Source: Octopus vulgaris (lineage: Eukaryota). From it: DNA of 64,000 nucleotides. The translations under genes were made by a program, and so were the position numbers. Within the stretch, counting starts at the first letter, position 1, and each line of letters opens with the position of its first letter. Location of the stretch: the NCBI GenBank assembly GCA_951406725.2, contig OX597833.1, forward strand, positions 39,556,001-39,620,000, read 5' to 3'. Shown here one piece after another: positions 54,011 through 64,000 of the stretch. A model generated the notes under the pieces. The model ran no database searches and was not told where the DNA came from. It saw nothing but the letters and a program-made list of their open reading frames with translations.

Positions 54011-54509
54011 TTAACTGATTGGAAGTGTTATCATGTACATTGTTTTGTCTTGGTATAAAAGATGGGCTACAGCACCACAGATTTGCTTGTCAGTTGTGTG
54101 ACCTTAACCAGTTGACTATGTCCCTTAGTGGCTGATGATATGTGCATCTCTGATCACGAGCAGAAGTAGTGGGGGAGCATCATAACCATGTGTTCAGAGG
54201 GATTCTTTGGTGTTTGAATAATTCACCTCTGGAAACATGGGTGGTTCGTTCAACATCCTTAAACAACCCTTATCAGAGACCTTTTGAGTGGGATGGATTA
54301 CTCGACCAGAAGAAAATTCTAACTGGGCTCCACCTGCAAGGTCATGTGCTGTTTATCTTGATATGAAGTCACCATGTTGCGTACACATGTGCCTAGTGTA
54401 CCCTTATCAGACGGGTAGTCATGATGGCTATACTGGACTTCATATATTTTACCTCAGTGTCACTTTGATGGCATGCACAGCTCTCGCACTCAATGATAAT
54501 AATAACATT

Positions 54510-54800
54510 GATATTGATAATAAAAATACTTAAACTAATAGATGTAAGTGTTCCCACTGATGAAAATAAATCAGTAAAGACATTTGACAAATTAAGTAAA
54601 TATAAGGACCTGGAAATTGAAATACAAAAAACGTGGCATCTTAAAGCAAGAACTGTTCATGTTATTGTGGGCGCCCTAGAAAGGGATGTCAAAAACATCT
54701 AGATAATATTCCAGGGAACCATGTCTCAGAGAAATCCAAAAGATTGTGCTGACAAGTACTACCCACATTCTTATAAAAACCCTGTCCATTTAAATGTCTG
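54510..54800 (+). mobile_element. 3' fragment of a restriction-like-endonuclease LINE (R4/Dong/NeSL type)
   Basis: LIDVSVPTDENKSVKTFDKLSKYKDLEIEIQKTWHLKARTVHVIVGAL matches the RLE domain pattern IDVxVP..K..KY.DL..EI..W..PV.VGALG. Confidence 0.85.
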
Positions 54801-55016
54801 TGTTGTATTACGTGGAGATATTTCGCTACTGCTCCTACCACTTCCCCTTCCCAAGCTTTCAGTCATATTGTAACATTTCTTGTTCTTCACTTGCCCTAGG
54901 ATGCTTGGTGTTTCTCGACAAGTGATTATAACAAACATGCAGATTGAAAGTAAATAATAATAATGATGATGATGATGATGATGATGTTGATGATGATGAT
55001 GATGATGATGATAATG

Positions 55017-55044
<28 letters not shown>

Positions 55045-55047
<3 letters not shown>

Positions 55048-55210
55048 AAAATGTGGCATCTCAAGGTGACTACAGTACCAGTGATTGTAGGAGCTCTATC
55101 AATGATAAAAAAGGTACTGAAACCAGGCTTATCATCCCCACTGGAAGTGCAAAAAATCATGTTAACTGGAATGACTCATGTACTGAGAAGAGCTTTATTG
55201 CTGTGAAAAC
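55045..55210 (+). mobile_element. Second, shorter RLE-LINE 3' fragment
   Basis: KMWHLKVTTVPVIVGALSMIKKG...VQKIMLTGMTHVLRRAL. Confidence 0.8.
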
Positions 55211-56144
55211 AACATCCATTCATGAATTTATTTATTTGTTAATTTTTTTAAATACATATTTTACCTGTGAATTTGCATGTGTAATCTTGGAATGCATACA
55301 ATGAGTTTCTCTGCCCTAGATGTATGGAAAACATTTGGTGAGAAATGGAAGAAATTTTGAAGAAAGAAGAAAAAATAATAATAATAATATTTTCTACTAT
55401 CAGCACAAAGCCTGAAATTTGGCGGAAGGTGACCAGTCAATTACAGTGCTTAAATGTTACATATTTCATTGTCCCTGAAAGGATGAAAGGCAAAAATCAA
55501 CCTTTGCAGAATTTGAACTCAGAATGCAAAAACACAATTTATCCAGCATGCTAATGATTTTTGTCAAGCATAGTAATGATTTTGCTAGCTTACCGCCTTA
55601 ATAAAATCTCATTCATGCAATTGATAAAACTAAGACATAAGGCCTACAAAGATGTGAGGGTAGACAAAACAAAGGTATTTGTTAGGCAGGGATTAAAGTT
55701 ATTGTAAGATTTTACGTTGTGAAAAACTATATGCTGTGCTGAATGGATATTGTTTGTTCCTTCTCGAGCCATACCTGGCTCATAGGGCCGGTTTCCTAGT
55801 TTCCTTGGCATATAGGTTCCCCACCTGGACAGGATGCTGGTCCGTCACAGATGAGCTGCAAGATGCAGGAGGAAAGAGCGAGAGAAAGTTGTGGCGAAAA
55901 TGTCAGCAGAAGTTCGCCATTACCTTCTGTTGGAGCCACGTGGAGCTTAGCTGTTTCACTCATAAACACACATATCACCCGGTCTGGGATTTGAAACTAC
56001 AATCCCTCGACCACGAGTCCACTGCTCTAACCACTAGGCCATGTGGCATTTTGCCATAAAGATAGACAAAATGCCACTAAACATTTTGTCCAGTATACTA
56101 ACTATTCTACCAGCTTGTTGCCTCAATAAAAGGGTAAAGAGCAA

Positions 56145-56478
56145 AGACCCCCTTCAGTCATAAATGACCATAGAATTGCACCTAGAAAATTCTCCCCCAA
56201 GGCACAAATCTGGGTAAGGTTGTTTATGGAAGACCAGCAGTCGCCCATGTATACTGGCCTTCCCTCTCCACGCCACCAGTGTTATCCAAGGGAAAGACAA
56301 AGACCAATATAGCATGGCACCAGTGATGTTGCAACTCATTTCTACAGCTGAGTGAAATGGAGCAATGTAAAATGAAGTGCCTTGCTTAAGAACACAACAT
56401 ACAGCCTGGTCCAGGAATTGAACTCACTACCCCATATCTGTGAGCCCAACACTCTATATAATGAAACATGTGCCTTCA
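56145..56478 (-). mobile_element. SINE family C
   Basis: Reverse complement of 20645-20970. Confidence 0.85.
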
Positions 56479-56914
56479 GATTAAGGGCACATTATAATTT
56501 TGATGTAAAATAAACATAAAAACCCTTAATTGGCTCTTAAATGCTACAATTTTAATAGATGATCTTTCTGTTTTGCTCTGCTTGTGTTATGGTTTGTCTC
56601 ATTTTATTCACAATGGAAACAACTCTCCTATCACTCTATGGTCTTTCAGGGTCATTAGAACTTGCATATCTATATAGATCTCACCTGACCATGTCATTTT
56701 TAGTGACAACAGTGTTTATCACCTGCCTACAGTGCACCACTAAAAAGATGGTGATCTGAGGGTCAATGATGTTGCTATCTTTTACTGCAACCCCTTATAT
56801 TATAACATACCAAATATGGTGGTAAGAACTTCTGGTCAGGTGTGTAATGTTCCAGTTCACCTTTTTTTTTTTTTTTCAAACTCCATTCCAAATCTTGTCT
56901 TTATATTTGGTTTG

Positions 56915-57492
56915 CAAGATTCTTGATACGAATTTGGGTTTGAAAGAAATCCTGTATCTTGGGTGGGTTATAAGACCAGGAATAATAAAACATGCCCTGG
57001 TACAATATCACTTCTTTATTGTTAGTCAGTTGGTTAATTATTTAACCAACTAACTAATTGAGGATTTTAAGCATGGCTTCATAGTATCTTTCTCAGCTGA
57101 CAGAGGATATGTTATTTCACAAATTGGCCAGAACTACCTGTAAATGTTGTTTTGGCATATGAGAAAACCCTCTGGGTCTTGATACAAATTTGTGCTTTGA
57201 AATATTCTTGATAAAATTTGTGCTTTGAAAGATTCTTGATACAAATTTATACTTTGAAGAAATCCTGTATCTTGGGAGGGTCATTATACCGGGAATAATA
57301 AAACATACCCTGGTACTATATCGCTTCTTTATTGTTAGTCAGTTGATTAATTATCTAACCAACTAACTAATTGATGATTTGTGCATGACTTCATAGTATC
57401 TTTCTTGGCTGACAGAGGATATGTTATTCCACAAAATGGTCAGAACTACCTGTAAATGTTCTTTTGGCACATGAGAAAACCCTCTGGGTCTT
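56915..57492. repeat. Tandem duplication, ~312-bp period, with a short ~26-bp subrepeat at the junction
   Basis: aagattcttgatac...agaaatcctgtatcttggg...gagaaaaccctctgggtctt occurs twice. Confidence 0.9.
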
Positions 57493-58779
57493 TTAAGATG
57501 CAGAGATAAATTTCTTTTTTTCTTACTGGTCAATGAGAGTTTTGAGGAATGAAAGCATTTTCCCAATGGGCACAACTCCACCAGACAAACTTTTCTCATC
57601 CAAATAGTTCATATCTAGAACCGATACATTTGGGGTAACCTATGAGGATAATAAAGGAGGGCTTGAAATAAATACTTCGCTTGATTCTCATTTCAAACTT
57701 CCCACTCATAACCTCACTTAATAAAACATGTGTGTAACTGCTACTGTTGTTAATATTTGTGTCATTTACATTGCCCAAAATGTTATTCTCCGTCAGAAAA
57801 TTATTTTTTTGTTAAATAAATGTATTATGTTGCTGAATTGAATTTATGATTATTTTTTATCTCTTGTCCACTTTTTTTACTATCTTCAAAAAATGTTTGT
57901 GTACATTAATTTTTTTTTCTGTTTTAAAGTAGGGCTGGCTATTTTTAAACACTTTAGCCAATTCGATTATTTATGAGTAGTAGAAAAAGAAATTTCTTTA
58001 TTTTACAAATTGATATTTTTCATCAAAAGAAGGAAAATTAATGCAAGCAATTAAAATGCCTTCATCTCTGTTTAGAAGCTCCTCCACATTAAAAGATGCT
58101 TTTACACACAGTTTCACTGGTAAAAATTTACAATTATTGGAAACTTAAATGACACATGTCCAACATTTTAATTGTTTCACTCATTTGCTGCCAAAATCCC
58201 ATTCACCCACCAAATTTTTGTAGTTTTGCAAGCTGTATAGTGGCCTTAGTAGTGTCAGGGGCACCAAAAAAAAAAAAAGCACCCAGTACATGCTGTAAAG
58301 GGGTTGGCATTAAAAAGGGGATCCAGCCCGAGGCTATTGTAGAGGACACTTTCCCAAGGTGCCATGCAGTGGGACTGAACCTGGAACCATGTGGCTGGTA
58401 AGCAAGCTACTTACCACACAGCCACTCCTGAGTTATTTTTGTGTGTCTTGCCTTTGTGATTCTTCCCAGTAGTATGTCATCTCTGCTTATTTTCCTTCTC
58501 CTCTGTTACTTCTTGTTATGGCCAGAGGAAGGATTCTCTCAGCTTCCTGGTTGATTCTTGGAACTGGGTACAAAGTGATCGCTTTGAGAGCTGCACCTAG
58601 TGGTACCCAAGAAACTAAACTTTGTTGCCTTCTGTTACTGTTACTGCTTGTTTTTCCTTTTAATTTTTCCAGACATTTTCTGCAGCCTGTGTTATTGACG
58701 ACCACCTTTGAATGACTACTCATAAAGACTGCATGACACAGCTCTAGGATAAGCTTATGACCTTGAGAGGCCACAACGG

Positions 58780-59375
58780 TTTCACTGGTGTTTTGTCACT
58801 TTTTCACCACAGACCAATCACTGGTTCACTACAAATCAATCACTGCTCACCACAGACAAATCACTGCTTTACCAGTTTCTACTCAATGACAAGCTTTTTC
58901 ACCACAAACCAATCATTGTTTCCCACAGATCAATCACTACTTTACTAGTGTCTGGTCACTTGTTCATTACACACTAATCACTTGTTCACCACGAACCAAT
59001 CATTTATTCATCATAGACAAATCACTGGTTCACTACTTATTTCTTTATTGCTCACAAGGGATTAAACATAGAGGGGACAAACAAGGACAGACAAAGGGAT
59101 TAAGTCGATTACATCAACCCTAGTGTGTAACTGGTACTTAATTTATTGACCCCAAAAGGATAAAAGGCAAAGTCAACCTCGACGAAATTTGAGCTCAGAA
59201 CGTAACGGCAGATGAAATAACGCTAAGCATTTCGCCCGGCATGCTAACGTTTCTGCCAGCTCACCGCCTTTATTCACTGGTTCACAACTGACCAATCACA
59301 TGTTCCCCACTGTCCAATCATTTATGTTCTCTGCAGTACCACTGCTTCGTTATAGACCAATCACTGATACACCAC
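58780..59375. repeat. Minisatellite (accacagaccaatcact-like unit) interrupted by a SINE
   Basis: Recurring acc(a)atcac motif. Confidence 0.8.
59035..59268 (-). mobile_element. SINE family D, full length, with probable 12-bp target-site duplication
   Basis: Minus strand ggcggtgagctggcagaaacgttagc...aataaagaaataag; tcactggttcac at 59022-59033 and 59274-59285. Confidence 0.85.
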
Positions 59376-59945
59376 GCTGGAACTGAAATTTCTTGAACAG
59401 GTAGGCCATAGTTTAAATTCACTCAACTGATTTACCGACATCATTTATGGTAGATCCACGAAAACTGCAGCTTTAAGAACAACATATGAGAGGAACAGTA
59501 ACAGCAAAAGCAGAAAAGCAGCACCATCACTACCACAACCACCAGCACGAAAAACACCACTAACAACAACAACAATAATACCAGTAAAAACAACAATACC
59601 ATCAACAGCAACAACTCCAACAACAACAGTAACAACAGTATCAACAGCATTTACAATGACCACAATAACTACAACATCATCATTTATATTATAAATGATA
59701 AATGTAATTTCCTTTAAGATATAATTAATTTCTGTTGAGAGACAATGTGTTATTGTTGAGAAATGCCATGTTACTTGGTCGGGTTAAACATGTTTCTGAT
59801 GTTATAGGGAGAGCTGGAATGGAAGACATTTATATTATGATGGCATGGCTTTTGTGTATGTATGCGTGATAGTATGTACGTGAAACGGTGTGTATGTATG
59901 TGAGACTGTGAGCATGTATGTAAGACAGTGGCTGTGAAATTGTCT

Positions 59946-59977
<32 letters not shown>

Positions 59978-60076
59978 ACTCAAGACTTTGAATCTAACTT
60001 TGTCTGTGTGTAGAATAACTCTAAGTATTCATAAATACATTACAGAAATACATAAATATACATATAAACATATACA

Positions 60077-60402
60077 TTGTGTGTGTGTGTGTGTGTGTGT
60101 TTATGCATGTGTGTGTGTGTGTCTGTTTGTGCTTATGCATGTGTGTGTGTGTGTATGTGTGTGTGTGTGTGTTTATGCATGTGTGTGTGTGTGTGTCTGT
60201 TTGTGCTTATGCATGTGTGTGTGTGTGTGTTTGTGTGTTTATGCATGTGTGTGTGTGTGTGTGTGTCTGTTTGTGCTTATGCATGTGTGTGTGTGTGTGT
60301 GTTTATGCATGTGTGTGTGTGTGTATGCGTGTGTGTGTCTGTTTGTGCTTATGCATGTGTGTGTGTGTGTGTGTTTATGCATGTGTGTGTGTGTGTGTGT
60401 GT
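60077..60402. repeat. Compound (TG)n array with a higher-order ttatgcat / ctgtttgtgc unit
   Basis: Direct inspection. Confidence 0.9.
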
Positions 60403-60898
60403 AGACAAACAGTTGTTGACTCAAGCATTTATTTTCATAGACAGGAAAACACATATCCAATCAATCAGCCAATGTTGGGGCTAGGAAGTGTATGAATAAA
60501 CAGGTAGCTATTTTAGTTAATGAAGCATTGACTGTGGTTAAGATCAGCATTCATAAGGTATTGCAAAGCAATTTACAATAATTTAAATGTAAATTTATTT
60601 TGTAGCGCTAGACCTGGTACATAATTTTTGGAAAAACTCAAGGGTGTTACAATCGTTCATTCTATGCTTATGCATAATTTTCCATGCTTTATATAGGTTG
60701 AGTTATGTAAAGTAGAAGAAAGGTTTTTTAAAGTAGGTGCAGGTATGGCTGTGTGGTTAACAAGCTTTCTTCCTAACCCCATAGTTTCAGGTTCAGTCCC
60801 ACTGCATGGCACCCCGGGCAAGTGTCTTCTACTATAGCTGTCAACATATCAGAGTTCAGTTAGTGGATTTGGTAATTGGAAATTGAAAGAAGCTTGTC

Positions 60899-60933
<35 letters not shown>

Positions 60934-61329
60934 CATGTGTGTGTACCTTTGTCTTGACATTATGCATTGACTGTAAACAAGCCCCGCTGTTAAACAAGTG
61001 GTGTTGTTTGATTCCGGTCTTCCATGGCAAAAAACATGTCTGGCCATGGGGAAATGTTACCTTGCTTGGAAACAGGTGGTGGTGGAAGGTTAGCAACAGG
61101 AAGGGCATCCCACCATAAAAAAAAATCCTACTTCAACAAATTCTGGTTGACACCTGCAAACATGGAAAAGAAAATAACAAATAATAATAATCATGATGAT
61201 GGTGTTGTTGTTGTTGTTGTTTTTGGTGGTGGTGGTGGTGGTGGCAGCAGAGGTGGTGGTGGTGGTGGTGGTGTGGTGGTGATATAGTATTTTGGAGACA
61301 AGTTTCAAGTATGTCTCAGTATCGGCTTC

Positions 61330-62060
61330 CTATCCAGGATAAGATATAAGGGGTATCACTTGTTAGACTAAAGAGAATGATTATGTTTTATTATTAATAA
61401 CACCTGTTACTTTTTTTTTTTTTGATAAGATTTTTAAGCAGATTAAAGAGATACCTTTTGGGTTGTAACTGCAGCCCGTTATTAGCTGACTGATATTTAT
61501 CATCATGCAAGTTTGATTTTCTTAGTAATTTAAGTCAATAAATAAATAAATCAGTTTGGTTAAGCAGTCAGAGGTTGCTGCAGATACATCGATGATATTT
61601 TCGTTGCAAATTACAGGGTTTTTTTTTTTTTTAACAGTTAATTGGTGTAATTTATCTAAATGATCTGATGGCAAGCAGAAATGGTGTTGCTGTGAATGTA
61701 GCTAATTATTTAGATACTACAGTGATAAGTAGTAGTAATAATAATAACTAAAGTTTATAATAAGACTGATAGCTTTAACTTTCAGGTAGCTACTATGCCA
61801 TTTGTATCAAGCTGCATTCTAATTAGAATAGGATATAACATGTCTTCCTGTCAGGCTCTTAGATATAGCAACATTATAAAAGCTGTTGATTTATTTATAG
61901 TTAGAATGAAACTTCTGATGGAGTATGGTTACAAAGTGGGATCCATATAAATTATTAATGAAAACTTTACATGGTTATTTTGGAAAACATTGTGATTTAT
62001 TAAAAAGATACATGGTTATTTCTAGCTCTATGATTTAATATTAAACCCATGCATAGTATT
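61330..62060 (+). mobile_element. Fossil Penelope-like reverse transcriptase
   Basis: GCNCSPLLAD*YL, CRYIDDIFV (YxDD), NYLD and KVYNKTDSFNFQVATMPFVSS..Q.LRY match PLE RT motifs GxNCAPLLADLFL / RYIDD / YDKRDDFNFxIVNFPFLSS. Confidence 0.85.
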
Positions 62061-62794
62061 CATTTAGTAATTTTATTAACCATTATTAATTCTCTCTAGA
62101 GTATTTATCACTTCGGTGTACATATATGTTGGTAGTGCAAGTCTCTGGAGGTTTTCAGTTGTTAATGATTATGTATTTATTTTCCTTTGTGTTTGCTGTC
62201 ATTTATACTTCATGTAAAGCTATGTTTTGTCTCTTGGAACTGAGCTCTGTAAGAAAATTGTCCGCTATCATACTTGTCTTGTTGTTTCATACAACGTGTG
62301 TTAGCTAGTTGCTGTAATTATCATCTGTGGATTTATTTTGATTATAATTTTAACAGATGTAATTTTAAATTAACATTAGTGTAATATCTGATTTTCATTT
62401 TATTTACTTCCAATTTAATAGCAATTGATACACAGGTCGAATAGCCTCTGGTTTAAAGTTTTCTTTGTTAATCTTTAATTTTGTTTCAATACCAGTTTAA
62501 TGTTTGTTTGTTCATTTACCATTATGAGTTTTAGGCATCGATGATTTGGGGTTACATGTGCTGGTGACACATAAAAGACACCTGTGCTGGTAGCACATAA
62601 AAGACACCTAGTACACCATGGGGAGTGGTTGGCATTAGGAAGGGCATCCAGCAGTAGAAACCAAGCCAAAATAGACTGAAGTTTGGCGCTGCTCTTTGAC
62701 TTACCAGCTCCAGTCAAACTGTCTTACCCATGCTCGCATGGAAAACGGATGCTAAATGATGATGATGATGACGATGATGTAACTCTTATATTCT

Positions 62795-63152
62795 TTTTCT
62801 TTTCTTTTATTTGTTTCAGTCATTTTGACAGAAGGCCATGCTGGAGCGCCACCTTTAGTTGAGCAAATCAACCCCAGGACTTATTCTTTGTAAGCCTAGT
62901 AACACAGACACACAAACATATAGAAACACACACATACATACTACATACACACACACACACATATATATATCTACACACACACACACATATACAACAGGCT
63001 TCTTTCAATTTCCGTCTACCAAATCCACTCACAAAGCTTTGGTCGGCCCAAGGCTATAATAGAAGACCCTTGCCAAAGGTGCCACACAGTGGGACTAAAC
63101 CCAGAACCATGTGGTTGGTAAGCAAGCTACTTACCACACAGCCACTCCTGCT
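62795..63152 (-). mobile_element. SINE family A with internal deletion
   Basis: Matches the family; lacks the middle segment after taagcctagta. Confidence 0.85.
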
Positions 63153-63580
63153 TACTTTTTATATAGTTGTTGGTCTGGAAATGTACAATATGTATTATAA
63201 AGTCCCTCTTCTATACATACAAAATGTTTTTTTTTGTGTTTGAGGAGGCTGGGGGTTAAGTCTTTGTATGTTTGGTACAACATTTAAACGATTTTTTGTT
63301 TTAATGCTGTGGTCACTATTGAATTGAACGCACATTCATCTGAAAAGAGAAGTTGTTCTCCAATACTGAAGCACAATAGGGATTAGCATATTCATATTTG
63401 AATCTGCCAGAATATATTAAGAATGAATAGGTAAGTCATACTTTTGATTCTTGCAGTTCATTGTGCATGGGATGATTTATTATTAGTTGGCATACATCAG
63501 CATACATCAGCAAATGATTTGTTTGCTGAAATTACAAACAGGAGTTACAATCTCTTGTTAGTTTCATTAGTTAATGACAA

Positions 63581-63626
63581 CTTTGGCTGAAGAGACAATG
63601 ACATCGAAACACTGGGTGTCCCAAAG
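63581..63626 (+). ncRNA. Type I hammerhead ribozyme
   Basis: CTTTGG-CTGAAGA-GACAATGACATC-GAAA-CACTGGGTG-TC^CCAAAG: complete core, 6-bp stem I, CAC/GTG stem III, weak stem II. Confidence 0.88.
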
Positions 63627-63909
63627 ACCACTTATGTTAATGAATCAAGTGTGTTTTGAACACACATTCATTTGAAAGGAGAAGTCATTCTCCAATGACA
63701 AAATACAATCACAATTAGCATATTCAAATTCAAATCTGCTGGAACAGATTAAGAATGAACATGTAAGTCTTCGTTTTGATTTCTGTTGTTCACAGTGCAC
63801 ATATTGATTCATCGGTAAGAAGATATCAGCATGCATCATCTACTAATTTGTTTGCTAAAGTTATTAATAAGAGCTCCTTACTTGTGTTAGATTCATTAGT
63901 CTAGGGTAG

Positions 63910-63957
63910 CTTTGGCTGAGGAGACACAATGATGTCAAAACAGCAGGTGTTCCAAGG
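63910..63957 (+). ncRNA. Type I hammerhead motif, probably inactivated (G12A)
   Basis: CTTTGG-CTGAGGA-GACAcaatgaTGTC-AAAA-CAGCAGGTG-TT^CCAAGG. Confidence 0.75.
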
Positions 63958-64000
63958 TCCCTGTACACTAATGAGTTCAGTGCATTATGAATACACATTC

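Larger units (their letters stand above)
63320..64000 (+). mobile_element. Tandem array of ~329-nt HHR-containing monomers (non-LTR retrozyme-like), running off the window end
   Basis: tgaa(c/t).cacattc recurs at ~63326, ~63657 and ~63987; one HHR in each complete unit. Confidence 0.8.

Noticed and set aside
63400-63770. Tandemly duplicated exons suggested by GTAAGT retained in both ~329-nt units
   Set aside because: No consistent acceptor or open frame; units are better explained as HHR monomers

Overview
AT-rich, repeat-saturated eukaryotic DNA with no intact multi-exon gene visible. It is most likely intronic or intergenic octopus (coleoid cephalopod) sequence, inferred from the tRNA-derived SINE families and the extreme (TA)n, (CA)n, (TATC)n, (TATG)n, (ATG)n and (AAT)n density. 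Almost all ORF-track entries are microsatellite artefacts. Supported content: one near-full-length Tc1 (DD34E) element, several mariner and MITE derivatives, fossils of RTE, R4/NeSL-type and Penelope-like (PLE) retroelements, and at least four SINE families. The strongest signal is a set of type I hammerhead ribozyme (HHR) motifs in several unrelated non-coding repeats. These include a ~469-nt 1.3-mer whose boundary coincides with its own cleavage site (683-1284), a ~329-nt tandem array with one HHR per unit (63.3-64 kb), and inverted PLE pseudo-LTR hairpins (7.95-9.6 kb). Three of the HHRs have unusually long (54-59 nt) stem II inserts. A second, weaker signal is a series of minus-strand unique islands that read as alternative terminal exons ending in PDZ-type C-termini (-TQL, -TCV, -TTF). 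All structures were read by eye; nothing was folded, aligned or searched computationally, and repeat boundaries are approximate.
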